From assembly GCA_950097015.1 (NCBI GenBank), contig CATNEN010000002.1:5146001-5210000 (forward strand): DNA of 64,000 nucleotides. The letters run 5' to 3'. The notes below the pieces were generated by a model that saw only the letters and a list, made by a program, of their open reading frames with translations, made no database searches and was not told the DNA's origin. This document shows, piece by piece, positions 1 to 12,799 of the stretch (the stretch's first letter is position 1; every line of letters starts with the position of its first letter). The translations under genes and the position numbers were made by a program. Origin of the DNA: Macrostomum hystrix (Eukaryota > Animalia > Platyhelminthes).

Positions 1-1042
1 GTAAAGAGGCCCTAGAGTAGTTTCTGAGTCGCTTGCAACGTGACAGAGGAGTTAAGATTTTTAAAGGAGGCATTTGAAATGAAATGAATGTCATGGTAAC
101 GCCTCAGGTTGGAAATACAGATGAGACTATTAAAAATCCTAGCGGCCTAACGAAGCGAGCTACGATACGAGTCGCTCGTAGTGGCGAATATAAAAATAAT
201 GTAAAACGCAATACAGACAAATAAATGCTTTGATTCAGCATCAATTCCGCATTGGGCACCCAACTGAATTCTTGCTTTGCAAAAAAGAATAACTAATGAT
301 TCTGAATCCAAGAACAGTGTGGCGATCAGTCGTTTTTCACATAGCAACGCTATTTTTCACATAGCGGACGAGGGGAAAGGCAATCGCTTATCGCGGAGCA
401 AATGTTTATCGTCCCAGTAGCAGGCGCGCAGAAAAAAACCTTAATCCTACCCACGAAATCCGAAATCCAGAAGCCCTGGCGGTCCTGAGCCACAAACAGC
501 TTAGAGGGACTGCGACATTTCCGTCTGCCGGTGTGCGGGTAGTCAGTCGAATGGGAGAAAAACCCGCCTCGGGAGAATCGGGAAGAGAAAAAATTTCTGG
601 AAAGCGCGCAAGTTCCAAAAAATATTGCACACAAAGAATAAAATAGTTGGGCCTGAAAAACGTGAAGCAAACAACAAATGCTGCTATAAACTACGAAATA
701 GTGCCCCGGGTCTCCTCTATGCCTTGCCTATGATCTTTTTGCGTGTCTAAAAGTCAAGTCGAAATATAAACACACAAGATAATCAAGGGCCTGCGATAGC
801 GGGGGCTGCACTATTGCCCGCAATCAACAGGGCTAGGTGGAAATTTATGGCACGCGGGGCTTAACTGACATCCTAGAGGCCATTATAAATTAGTTATCTC
901 TAATTAGATTAACGCAACAGAACAATGAACAATAGCGACAATTTCTTTGCGCAGATTGATTGTTGTTATTCACCTAATTCAAGTTTTCAAAAAATTAGGC
1001 TCGTAGTAAACCAAGGATTAAAAATAAGATGTCTTAGAAAAA

Positions 1043-1460
1043 GGTACTATCCCTTAGCTTTGGAACAAGGTACCATCCCTTAGTTTTTGGAACAAGCTAA
1101 CATCCCTTAGCTTTTGGAACAAGCTAACATCCCTTAGCTTTTGGAACAAGCTAGCATCCCTTAGCTTTGGAACAAGATACCATCTCTTAGTTTCGTGAAC
1201 AAGATACGATCCCTTAGCTTTGGAACAAGCTAGCATCCCTTAGCATTGGAACAAGCTAGCATCCCTTAGCTTTGGAACAAGCTAGCATCCCTTAGCTTTG
1301 GAACAAGCTAGCATCCCTTAGCTTTGGAAAAAGCTAGCATCCCTTAGCTTTGGAACAAGCTAGCATCCCTTAGCTTCGGAACAAGATACCATCCCTTAGC
1401 TTTGGAACAAGCTAGCATCCCTTAGCTTCCGAACAAGCTACTATCCCTTAGCTTTAGAAA
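1043..1460. repeat. 26-bp minisatellite (TAGCATCCCTTAGCTTTGGAACAAGC)n, intronic
   Basis: Direct tandem repetition, about 16 units, upstream of the splice acceptor at 1570. Confidence 0.95.
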
Positions 1461-1570
1461 CGCCACTGTCCCTTTGCAGCGAACTAGACCTTTTAGACCT
1501 TTTTAGGCTAAAAAGGAAAACCGACCTCGAAATATTCACTAACTCTTCGTGGCTTTACTAACCCTTACAG

Positions 1571-2605
1571 GAAACTGAAATCTGCATCCCGGATGAGCTC
1601 ATTTGCCAATACAGCGACTGCGCTGTCAACGAATGGAGCAGCTGGGGTGCTTGCGAAGCCGAGTGCAACGGCCACGGCGAGCAGGAGCGCTACAGGTCTT
1701 TGTACACGCCTGACAAGTGCCCGATGACCCGCCAGAGGGAGATTCACGTGCGCGAAGTGCGAGGCTGCCGGCGCTCCTGCAACGCCAGGGACATCTGCAT
1801 TCAGGAGTACGACGAGGGCCGACCGTGCAGTGGAGGCGAAGGCCGGTTTTACTACTACAACATCGAAGCAAGGAGCTGCCTTCCGTTTAACTATCGAGGC
1901 TGTAAGGGCAACACAAACCGATTCGCTAATGAAGAGAGCTGTCTAAACGTCTGCAAACGTGGGCTGAGCAATGTGTCAGCTAGGGACTTGCTCACAATGG
2001 CCGTCATTCAGAAGGGCAAACTGATGGCCATGAGAGGCCTTGTTGAGCCGTGCAAACAGCCGTCGGACAGTGGACGAACCTGCGACGACGGTAGCAGCCG
2101 CGGAACCCAGGTGGCATGGTACTTCGACTTGACTACCAAGCGTTGCATCCACTTCAGCTACAACGGATGCGGCGGCAACGACAATCGCTACGCTGACAAG
2201 ATGCAGTGCGAGCGCCAGTGTGCCCACCACATGCCTCAGGAGATGATCGGCAAAAGGCAGGACTGCGTCGTATCCAACTGGGGTCCCTGGGGACCCTGCG
2301 CCAGCGAGTGCTCCGGCCAGAGAAGCCGGGCCAGGCGCATCGAGCACGAGCCGGCCAACGGAGGCCAGGCCTGTCCGGCCGTTGTGGACCAGTCCACCTG
2401 CCCGGCCTGCTGTCAGTACAGCGACTGGAGCGAATGGAGCAGCTGCAGCCGCACCTGCAACTTCATGAACCTGCCATCGATCAAGGAGCGCAGGAGGCAG
2501 CGGCTGACGCCGCGCGGTCAAGACTGCACGGCTAGGACCATTGTGGAGCGGCAGGAGTGCCGAGAATTTCGCAGCACGCCGTGTCCAGGAGCAGGCGGCT
2601 ACTGA
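1571..2605 (+). CDS. Terminal coding exon of a secreted TSP1/Kunitz protein (spondin-like): TSP1-Kunitz-Kunitz-TSP1-TSP1
   Basis: Acceptor TTACAG at 1565-1570 opens in frame with ORF 1700-2605. WSSWGAC, WGPWGPC and WSEWSSC TSP1 motifs; two Kunitz patterns (FNYRGCKGNTNRF, FSYNGCGGNDNRY). The upstream exons lie outside the window. Confidence 0.85.
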   Translation, partial: ETEICIPDELICQYSDCAVNEWSSWGACEAECNGHGEQERYRSLYTPDKCPMTRQREIHVREVRGCRRSCNARDICIQEYDEGRPCSGGEGRFYYYNIEARSCLPFNYRGCKGNTNRFANEESCLNVCKRGLSNVSARDLLTMAVIQKGKLMAMRGLVEPCKQPSDSGRTCDDGSSRGTQVAWYFDLTTKRCIHFSYNGCGGNDNRYADKMQCERQCAHHMPQEMIGKRQDCVVSNWGPWGPCASECSGQRSRARRIEHEPANGGQACPAVVDQSTCPACCQYSDWSEWSSCSRTCNFMNLPSIKERRRQRLTPRGQDCTARTIVERQECREFRSTPCPGAGGY

Positions 2606-3699
2606 ACCAGTTTTTGCGCCTGCGCGCGTACTTTTGTGTGTGTACTTTTGTCGTTTTGTGTTGCGTCAGACACTTGACAATAAGTTTATTGTCAATTATT
2701 TTTATAAATGCACCATGTGCGCTGTGAAAACTCTGCAGCGCTCTGTCAGTAGAAATCAACACAATAATTTCAGCTTTGAACATGCATCTTTCATATAGGG
2801 AGTGCTATGGACAGTCCATGGACAGAACAGCTATAGATAGCTATAGAGCTATAGATATAGATACGTTACGCAATAGCTGCGACATTGTTTTACTGGATAT
2901 ATCTGGTAAATTGAACATAACGTGTTAGGTATCACCCCAAATACAAAAAACTCTAAGCTAGTAATAATCGGTGTCATTTTAACTACACTAGTGTCTGCTG
3001 AGTTTAACCCGTGTAGTCGTCATTTAATTAAACTGCGAGTGTAATGCTTAACATTTGTCTGTTCGATGCCGTGTTTACATGAAGAATAAATTTAAACATG
3101 GAGAGCTAGAATCATAATTAGCATATCGCAGTATAAACAGGCTAAATGCCGACTTGCGAATACGCACAAAAACTGGTGATTTTTTAGTTAAACTTTGTCG
3201 AAACAAAAATACCATAAAAATTTCTGATGTAAATACATAAGACCAACAAGTGAAATACATGAATGTCTAACTAGATCTGCTGCATGTTGTCTGATGACAA
3301 ATCTACCTCGCTGTTTCTTTTTTTTAAAACGACTAAATGCCAACAATGATATACATTTTTATTTCTTCTTGGGACTAAGTTTTGTTCGACGGGTTTTCAA
3401 GTGCCCTGAAGAAGAACAAAATGAGCCACTTAGGAAGCCAAACCCCAGCAACAGTGCCGCTTCGATGATGAAACTTTACTGCAGCCAGACGGAGAAAATG
3501 GAAAATATATGACTGCCAAAGTAACAGTAGCTGCTGAACATAGAAAAATAGAGATTCAGGAAATCGAAATGGACTTCATGCGGTTGTAAAACACTGAAAA
3601 TCAACTAGACCGACGATATTTACCAATCAGACATGGAAATTGTTTACTGAGTCTAAAAGCCTTTTCTTTTTTAAGGAATAGAATACAAAGGGTCAATAA

Positions 3700-3985
3700 G
3701 ACAGGAAATGGAAAGAGGAAAGAAGAGAGAGGAGAGAGGGAGAGAGTGTACAAAGAAGAGAGGAGAGAGAGAGAAGTGAGAAGAGAAGAAAGAGAGGAGA
3801 GAGGGGAGAGGGGAGAGCGGAGAGAGGAGAGAGGAAAGATGAGAGAGGAGAGGGAAGAGAGGATATTGGAGAGAGGTTAGAGGAGAGGGGAGAGAGGAGA
3901 GGGAGAGAGGAGAGGGGAGAGATGAGAGGGGAGAGATAAGAGGAGAGGGAGAGGGAAGAGTGACGGGAAGAGAAAAGATGAAGCA
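3700..3985. repeat. GA-rich low-complexity tract
   Basis: Purine-only (GGAGA/GAGAG) stretch. Confidence 0.9.
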
Positions 3986-4564
3986 GAAATGATATATGTC
4001 AACAAAAAATAAATGTGACTGCTAGTTTTCGCATCAAATTCTCATTTAAAAGAAAATATGGCAATCACTCTGAGTTAAGACAAGGCAGGACATGACATGC
4101 AAGCATCCAAGATAATTCTGCTTTTCTTTTTTTGTCGAGACACATTGCAAGTCTCGCAGCTCTGTAATTTAGCATCACTCACGCAACGCAACAAAGAACG
4201 AAATCTAATTTTCGTACCTCTTAAAGCCTTGGGTAGGCAAGGGTTCTAATTAGCAATAATGCTAATTAGGCACAAGAAAAACTAAGATCTTGCGCAATGT
4301 TTAGCTGGAAAGGCTAGAAACTAAGCATTGAGTGAGATGTTATCGCCCTTATGCCTTCACTTGAGCCATTAGCCCAAAATTGAGGAATTTAAAAAACATC
4401 CATACTTAAAAATATGTTTTCTAAATATCGATATTTTCTAGACACAGAAGCCTACTTAGAGTAGAGTTAAATGAATTTGATAAGTAATGATAATGACTAT
4501 GACTTGATCAGAAAAAGTTAAAGTAATGGTTGACAATGGCAAGATAAGACAGTGGAGATTTGGT

Positions 4565-4968
4565 ACAGGAAATATTCGAGAAACGGGAGAGGTGAGACAC
4601 GGGAGAGGTGAGACACGGGAGAGATGTGACACGGGAGAGGTGAGACACGGGAGAGGTGAGACACGAGAGAGATGTGACACGGAAGAGGTGAGACAGGGGA
4701 GAGATAAAACATATGAGATGAGACAGGGGAGAGATGAAACATATGAGATGAGACAGGGGAGAGATGAAACATATGAGATGAGACAGGGGAGAGATGAAAC
4801 AAATGAGATGAGACAGGGGAGAGATGAAACATATGAGATGAGACAGGGGAGAGATGAAACATATGAGATGAGACAGGGGAGAGATGAAACATATGAGATG
4901 AGACAGGGGAGAGATGAAACATATGAGATGAGACAGGGGAGAGATAAAACACGAGACATGAGACAGTA
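4565..4968. repeat. 30-bp minisatellite (ATATGAGATGAGACAGGGGAGAGATGAAAC)n plus related GA-rich units
   Basis: Tandem units in the intron after the PH exon; they generate spurious repetitive ORFs. Confidence 0.95.
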
Positions 4969-5007
4969 AATATGAGACGCAGATAATGTCTCCTGAACAT
5001 TGCTCAC

Positions 5008-5574
5008 CCCGTCATCAATGCCAATCATGATTCCATCGATGTCTTCGACTTCGCCGCCGCCGAGGTCCAGACTGCCGCGCGACTCGGAGCAGCTCTGATC
5101 GTCGTACCAGCGCAGCTGGCACTTCTCCAGCACTAGGTAGACCCGCTTCCAGGTCTTCAGCAGGGTGCCCTTCTTTTTCTGGTTGGGCAGCTTTTCAACG
5201 TAGCCTCGCCTCGGTCGGCACTGCGCGTCGGCATCGGTGACGTGACGCGGGCAGGGCTCCGGCAGGGCCTCCAGGCGGTACAGCTCCGATAGCAGCGGCG
5301 CCGGGTCCCAGGACTTCAACGACGGCGCGGGCATAACTTTGTCGTCCTCTTGATTAGCTTCATCAGCCATCTGCTGCTGCTTTTGCTCCACCACTACGGC
5401 TGGTGACACATTTGAAGTTATATTGTCCTGTGTTGCCATGGCAACAATCTCAACCGGTTTGCTACGAGGAAGCGAAGTTTTCTGCGTCCCAATCGCAGTC
5501 TGAGATGGAGACGCGTGCGCAACAGCGGATCGACCGTTGGTGTGAGCTCCGGGACCGTTCGAGGAATGTGCGCT
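5008..5574 (-). CDS. Internal exon of a PH-domain protein
   Basis: Acceptor CTGCAG (5580-5575) and donor GTGAG at 5007. Encodes RRGYVEKLPNQKKKGTLLKTWKRVYLVLEKCQLRWYDD, a typical PH N-terminal half. Downstream exons were not resolved. Confidence 0.75.
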
Positions 5575-5600
5575 CTGCAGTTCAATTTTGCAAGTTCAAC

Positions 5601-6052
5601 TGACTCACTCGCACAATAACTGAATGTACATCAAATGTGGCTCTACTGACTCACTCGCACAATAACTGAATGTACATCAAATGTGGCTCTAATGACTCAC
5701 TCGCACAATAACTGAATGTACATCAAATGTGGCTCTACTGACTCACTCGCACAATAACTGAATGTACATCAAATGTGGCTCTACTGACTCACTCGCACAA
5801 TAACTGAATGTACATCAAATGTGGCTCTACTGACTCACTCGCACAATAACTGAATGCACATCAAATGTGGCTCTAATGACTCACTCGCACAATAACTGAA
5901 TGTACATCAAATGTGGCTCTAATGACTCACTCGCACAATAACTGAATGTACATCAAATGTGGCTCTAATGACTCACTCGCACAATAACTGAATGTACATC
6001 AAATGTGGCTCTACTGACTCACTCGCACAATAACTGAATGTAAATCAAATGT
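5601..6052. repeat. 46-bp minisatellite, about 10 copies, intronic
   Basis: TGACTCACTCGCACAATAACTGAATGTACATCAAATGTGGCTCTAC repeated between two phase-compatible exons. Confidence 0.95.
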
Positions 6053-6145
6053 AGGGCCACACGGAATTCCCGCGGATTTCCCTGCGGCTTGCGTTCCCTG
6101 CGTTCTGGTAACCCATTCTAATACTATACATAAATTGTGGCTCAC

Positions 6146-6485
6146 CCCTTTCTGATAGGTCGATAGCTCCGGATGAGACTGCGAAGTGGGCACTGGACGC
6201 TGCTGCTGCCTTGAATTCGTTGTCGTTGTCGGTGGCTGGGGCGCGACTTTCCAGCTGACGGTCCGCTTGCCGGGTACAGTAGAAGTCGCTCCGGAAGCCG
6301 CCGATGCACCGTCGGCAGCCTGGAGCTTGTTGAAGGCGGCCAGGACGCTGCGAAAATCTTTCGACTCGGCGTCCACCTGGTCGGACTGGTGGCTCTGATT
6401 TGTCAGCGACGGATCGCGCCGTTTCAAATCGTCCAAGGCGCTGCGCATGCTGGCTTTGGGACTCAAAATTTGAATCGGCGCGCGA
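6146..6485 (-). CDS. Upstream exon of the same PH-domain gene (low-complexity, probably disordered)
   Basis: Acceptor CCATAG at 6491-6486 and phase-0 donor GTGAG at 6145, compatible with the phase-0 acceptor at 5574; GC-rich open frame. Confidence 0.65.
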
Positions 6486-6767
6486 CTATGGATTCGCGAT
6501 TTGTTATAAACAAATAATTGCGGTTAGCCTTATTTTACCAGCTTAGAGTTCTCTTCTGCGGATGCTGAATACTGGAAAGAGTAATTAATCATTCAGCTAA
6601 ATAAAATGGTCTTAAAATCTCATAACATTTGAACCATGTGACAGATTGTCTGATTCTGAAAATTTCATGGAGATATTTAAGAAATATACGTTTTCTCATG
6701 AAGATATAAAACATCTCACGGATCTCAAAGAGATATCACGGAAATTTCACGGAGACTTCCTGGAAAT

Positions 6768-7310
6768 CTAATGGAGACTTACTGGAAATCTCATGGAGAC
6801 TTACTGGAAATCTCATGGAGACTTACTGGAAATCTCATGGAGACTTACTGGAAATCTCATGGAGACTTACTGGAAATCTCATGGAGACTTACTGGAAATC
6901 TAATGGAGCTTTACTGGAAATCTCATGGAGCTTTACTGGAAATCTAATGGAGCTTTACTGGAAATCTAATGGAGCTTTACTGGAAATATCATGGAGACTT
7001 ACTGGAAATCTCATGGAGACTTACTGGAAATCTCATGGAGACTTACTGGAAATCTCATGGAGACTTACTGGAAATCTCATGGAGACTTACTGGAAATCTC
7101 ATGGAGACTTACTGGAAATCTCATGGAGACTTACTGGAAATCTCATGGAGAATTACTGGAAATCTAATGGAGCTTTACTGGAAATCTCATGGAGCTTTAC
7201 TGGAAATCTAATGGAGCTTTACTGGAAATCTAATGGAGCTTTACTGGAAATATCATGGAGACTTACTGGAAATCTCATGGAGACTTACTGGAAATCTAAT
7301 GGAGATATTT
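6768..7310. repeat. 22-bp minisatellite (GGAAATCTCATGGAGACTTACT)n
   Basis: About 24 tandem units with two variant types. Confidence 0.95.
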
Positions 7311-8092
7311 AAGCAATAAACTTTTTCTCATAGAGATATGATAAGTCTCACGGAGATCTTAAAGCGATATCATGCAAATCTCATAGAGATATCATGCAAA
7401 TCTCATGAAGCTATCATGGAAATCTCATGGAGACTTCCTATAAATGTCATGGGGACTTCCTGGAGGCCTCATGGAATCCTCATGAAGATATCACGAAGAA
7501 ACCGTGGGATGTCATTAAATCTCGCGTAACTTTCAGGTGGAACGCAGGAAGGTGAAATCTCATACATATCTATCTATGGAAACAGTACAAAACAGAAAAT
7601 AAGAGAAACAAAGTCAGCATTGCTATTAAACTTCACTGCAAAATTCATCTCAAGAAAGTGCATTTCAGTATTGAGCAAAGAATTTAACTGGACAATGTAA
7701 ATACAATAAAGCATAAAATCGATATGTGGCAACAAATCAGATATTGGTAAGAAAACAATTTAAATGTTTAATGGAAGTGTTCGGCTTAAGTTTAAACATA
7801 AATTGCAAATAAATTGCACAAAAATCAACTATAATCAACTAAGCAGATAATCGATTTGTACATGACTTTAGTGACTTTAGTTGGGAAAATTTATAGCAAA
7901 CAAATCAATGGTTTTCAATCTAGAATGAACATAAAAATGTTTGGCTTAGCAAAATTAGACACACAATGCTTGTCGGTGTTTAGCACAGAAACCACAATGG
8001 GAAAATATTTTAATGGGTATTGCTCGACTGGGAAGAAAATGATCAAAATTGAAAATATGTTTAACGATTTAATGACAGGTTGTTAAAGCATT

Positions 8093-10670
8093 CTAGGCTG
8101 ACCTACAGCCCACAGTGTAGCAGATTCTATTGAGCTTCTCAGTTAGTTGAGCAGACCTGAGCATGGCTGTAGACAGACTGTGCAATACGCGGCCTAGCCA
8201 GGGCACCACAGCTTGGATGTTCAACCTCAGTGCAATCTCATAGCTGTGATGCCCTACCACCTGCTGGTTCTGATGGAGAAAGTACACAGCCAGAATCAGC
8301 TTCTGACCGCTGACGTACAGCGATAGACAGATGTCACTGGGCATCTGAGGCTTGAACACTTCCTGCGAACACGGGGGATCTTGGATTGCTTTAGGGGATC
8401 TGGGGGTGCTTTAGGGGATCTGGGATTGCTTTAAGGGATCTGGGAGTGCTTTAGGGGATCTGGGATTGCTTTAGGGGATCTGGGATTGCTTTAGGGGATC
8501 TTGGATTGCTTTAGGGGATCTTGGATTGCTATAGGGGATCTTGGATTGCTCTAGGGGATCTTGGATTGCTCTAGGGGATCTGGGATTGCTTTATGGGATC
8601 TGGAGTTTCTCTAGGGGATCTGGGATTGCTTTAGGGGATCTGGATTGCTCTAGGGGATCTTGGATTGCTCTAGGGGATCTGGGATTGCTTTATGGGATCT
8701 GGAGTTCCTCTAGGGGATCTGGGATTGCTTTAGGGTATCTGGGATTGCCTTATGGGATCTGGAGTTGCTTTAGGGGATCTGGGATCGTTTCAGGGGATCT
8801 GGAATTGCTTTAGGGGATCTGGGATTGCTGGATTCTGGATTGCTTTAAAAATGTAGATCTGCTTTGTGGCGATTTAGAATAAAGTGATGATCAGGACTGA
8901 TTTATGTAGATTTGAATTGGATTTTAAGACTTGAAATTAGATAATTTGGCATTTTTTTACACTCACCCTGGTGGTGCTGCGAACCAAATCTTCCACAGTG
9001 CGCTTCTGCGGCAGCACAATGTGATCTCGGGCCTGCTTCAATAGTTCGAATATGCGATCGAGCGCCTGCGGAACGGCCGATAAGGATATCCGAACTTCAT
9101 TTTCTCTCCATTTAATCACCATGAGACAGGGAAGCTCATCTCTGCCCACCCAATATCTAATCTCTCATAATCCGATATCTAATCTCTCATAATCCGATAT
9201 CTAATCTCTCATAATCCGATATCTAATCTCTCATAATCCGATATCTAATCTCTCATAATCCGATATCTAATCTCTCATAATCCGATATCTAATCTCTCAT
9301 AATCCGATATCTAATCTCTCATAATCCGATATCTGATCTCTCATAATCCGATATCTAATCTCTCATAATCCGATATCTAATCTCTCCCCATCTGAAATCT
9401 AATCTCTCCAATATCTATCGTTACGCTCGTTTTTATCTATATTGATAAAACCTAAATACGGTCTCACGGACGAATCGGATCTTCTCTTCCCAAACCTTCT
9501 TTCCTAAATGAAAGCAGAACTCACAGACAAAGTTGGTCTCGGCTCAGAGCTTGAGTAGCCAATCTCCAATGCTTCCTGTACAGCCAGGCGAACCGCTTGC
9601 AGTGCATTACAACAATTCACCAGCTAGAGTGAGATGGTTAGGATTGGGTCCAACTTTTGGGGATTCAAAAATAGGCCAGGGATAAAATTTAATAGGGCTG
9701 TAACAATTACCTGGTGCATTCTATAGCTGCAGCCCTCAGCAATGACCGTGCGATAGGTCTGCTTATTGGTGTGACACTCCACTGTTATGTCCTGCCGGCA
9801 CAAACAATTCACAGAGTTTACATTTAATGTTACACGTATTTTCTGGTATCCCAACCAAGCCAGGCTTACCGCTTCGGTAATCTCATCCGAGTTCATAGTG
9901 ACCATCGCTTTGAGTCCATTCAGTTTTAAGCTGAAATGGACATAGAGACAGATAAGATTTTATGCGGAAATCATTTTTAGCTAGAAGCGAGTCACTGACT
10001 AAATAACTTAGATAGAAAATTTGACAGTGGCCAGTGATGGATTCAGGAGATGCAGGCTTGGGTGCAAGCCGTGCGGCCCAAGAAGAGAAAACAAAACAAG
10101 ACAGCGGGCCGCATTGACAGGGGAGAGATGAGATACAAGAGCGATTGCGGCAGGGGAGAGATAAGAGGGGTGATGAGGCAAGTGAGATAAGAAAGGGGCA
10201 ATGAGACATGGCAGATGAGAGAGGGGAGGGGTGAGATAGTAGAGAGGTTAGACAGTGGAGAGATGAGGCAAGGGAAAGATGAGATAGGGGAGATATGAGA
10301 CAGGGGAGAGATGAGACATGGGAGATTCATCTCTAGATGTGATTCATCCTGACTCATCTCTTGCCTGTCTGATCTCTCCCCCAAGTCTCTATCCACCAGG
10401 AAGGGATATTAGACAGGGAAAAAGACACACAGAAGAGATAAGAAATGGCAAAGAAGGCTTCGGAGGTAGATTTGGGAGCTTTGTGCCCTGGAAGAATTAT
10501 AATTTTGTTGCAATTCAACTAACATAGCTAGTGGGTACTCACTCATTGCCACTGAGAATAAACTTTCCAGTGGCATTAGTGAGTACTGAGCTGCATTCAT
10601 CAACTAAAGCAGCAATGTCCTGCAAAGTGGCAGCAAACTCAGTTTCTAGAACCCATTGAAGCTCACTCAT
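8093..10670 (-). CDS. ROGDI: ROGDI homolog (Rabconnectin-3/RAVE subunit), six coding exons: 10670-10543, 9930-9870, 9791-9711, 9623-9525, 9065-8967, 8362-8093; about 245 aa
   Basis: All introns are GT-AG and phase-consistent. The spliced protein follows the ROGDI fold motifs throughout: ELQWVLETEF..TLQDI; LKAMVTMNSDEITEA/DITV; ALDRIFELLKQARDHIVLP; FKPQMPSDICLSLYVSGQKLILAVY; VVPWLGRVL..QLTEKL. Confidence 0.85.
8375..8830. repeat. 20-bp minisatellite (GGGGATCTGGGATTGCTTTA)n in the last ROGDI intron
   Basis: Direct tandem repetition. Confidence 0.95.
9160..9410. repeat. 22-bp minisatellite (CCGATATCTAATCTCTCATAAT)n in a ROGDI intron
   Basis: Direct tandem repetition. Confidence 0.95.
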
Positions 10671-11791
10671 GCCGAAACTGAAATTTGTAACATTTAGTTT
10701 TTTTATTTTATCAAAATAGAATGAAAGAAATAAGGGCATTGTTGAGTAAATTCAAGATGCTAAAATTATATAAGATTAGGCACATAATTTTTACTTTAAA
10801 ATAAAAATCTGGGTCAATATTTATATTAACTATTATCATATTAAAACCACAAAATATATTTAAATTTGTACATTTTAATGCTAAATGGTATATTATAATT
10901 TTGTTGCAGTTTAAATGGCTTATAATTGACCTTGTTTCTTCCATTATGCCCAAGGTAAAGTTAATCACATTTACAGCTTTAGATTTTTCCCAGGAACTAG
11001 AGATAAATAACATTCATGCCTGAAATGATTTTTATTTTATTTAAGAACAAAGGACCAAAAAAACCAAAAGAAAGTTAGTGAAAGTTAAATAGGAATTCAG
11101 AATATGGTTAGTAACAACTAATTCATAATACACTTTTAGCTAAATAATGATGGAAACGGCAGGCTCAAGTCATCAAAACCTAAAGCCTTGATAATCACGT
11201 TACCTAGTTCTGTCGATCAAGGATCAAAGCAATATGAACAGCATACTGACAAAGAAATTCATATAATTAAACACATGAAAATATAATTAAAAGCTTTGGC
11301 TACTGTTAAAGGACAAACACAGGGTAGTAAATAAGAAATTAAAATTAAAAAGCGTTCCGACGTAATTAACTGAAAAAACAAGATTTGCTACTTAAGAAAG
11401 GCATTCAGACATGAACTTATGAAGCAAAAAAAATAAAACGAATAGTGACGTTATTGTCATTTCAACCGTTTTCTTTTTACAGCACAATAAAGCTATTCAA
11501 AAGAGGGCATAAGCTGTGCTTATAAATAATAGGGCGTGGGTGGATGAGCTCAATAAATTTAATTCTGTATAACGATTCATGTTTAAATTGCTATAAAAAG
11601 AGTCATGTATATTTGACAGAAATATTTCATGAATAATATTTTGCTAATAAAAACATATGATTTGATTGTTTTGATGTAAAGGACTATACGCAGCTTAAGA
11701 GATAATGTAAGACACTAGTTTTATTTGTTATACGTTTTTATTATAACGGTATAAAATCACTATATCTAAGGATCGTAAAGCGGAGGAAAAA

Positions 11792-11839
11792 CAAGGACCA
11801 CTAGAAGAAGAAGAAGAAGACTTCTTCTAGTGGTCCTTG
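11792..11839. mobile_element. 48-bp perfect hairpin element with 8-bp target-site duplication (micro-MITE)
   Basis: 19-bp arms CAAGGACCACTAGAAGAAG / CTTCTTCTAGTGGTCCTTG, with AGGAAAAA on both sides. Confidence 0.65.
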
Positions 11840-12157
11840 AGGAAAAAACGCACAACTGCCGTTTTTTAGTAAATCACAATACATAAAAAAAACATATTAA
11901 TTAAATTTTAAGTAAGCCTTGCAGTTACGTGCTTCATATTATTGTTTGCTGCATTATTCTGGACGACTTGCGAAGCCACAAAGCATGCTTTTATCGATTC
12001 AACGGTGGCAATAATTATTTAAAGACTGTAAAGGTTTTATGCCATAAATGTACTAAGGTCAATCTTCATTTTCTATGCTCATACAGACTTCATGATAGGA
12101 ACAAAACGACTATCGAAGCAACCTATATGCTAGTCTAATTGTATCGCATGCTTCAGC

Positions 12158-12210
12158 CATGATGGACCACTAGGGTAGAGTCAACTCCTAGTCAACAAGA
12201 GTGGTCCTTG
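12158..12210. mobile_element. Second, more degenerate micro-MITE of the same family
   Basis: Ends carry GGACCACT / AGTGGTCCTTG and are flanked by the direct repeat GCTTCAGC (8 bp). Confidence 0.5.
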
Positions 12211-12799
12211 GCTTCAGCGCGGCCGACCCTTCGAGCAGTCAGCAAATAGAGATCTAAAATGTTTTCGAAGGAATTAGAATATGCTGATGGCATATGACCC
12301 GCATGGAAGCCGGTTGCACGCAAATAGGTACAAAATATATAATATATATAAAAACGACATATAGAATGGTAAGAAATATCATGTTACTATTCTATATTTT
12401 GGATCCTCTAAAAGCACTCACAGATAAATAAATGCACACTTTTATTCAATGTACAATTTTGCCCATAAAATAAAACTTGTAGCGAGGTTTAATTGTGGTC
12501 GCGAGTTCGCGAGTAATTAAGAGCAAGGCGGTGGTTTTCTGTGTTGTTTGTTAAGTCTCGTATGAGACCAGAAAGGGTTGATTATTTCTGGATCGGGTGC
12601 AGTATATTTATAGTGTATTTTAGTGTTTCCGGAAATTTCTAGAAATGTACTGTACGGTAGAACAAATTTAATTGAGCAATTTATTTTTAGATGCAAGCGC
12701 ATGAGGAGTTTGAGGAGATATACAATAATTTATGATGAATTATGCAATTATTATACTCGTACTTAAGGAATATTCTGAGAAATATTGCGAAGTTTAATT

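Noticed and set aside
3294-3512. Candidate terminal exon of the PH-domain gene
   Set aside because: No reading frame gave a convincing continuation of the PH fold.
4456-5007. Repetitive C-terminus of ORF 4456-5439 and the overlapping repeat ORFs
   Set aside because: Read-through past a good GTGAG donor into an intronic minisatellite.
5601-7310. Regular 46-bp and 22-bp repeats as possible CRISPR arrays
   Set aside because: Head-to-tail units without unique spacers, no cas genes, eukaryotic intronic context.
6815-8813. Periodic ORFs (METYWKSHGDLLEISW..., GSWIALGDL...)
   Set aside because: Translations of minisatellites lacking stops.
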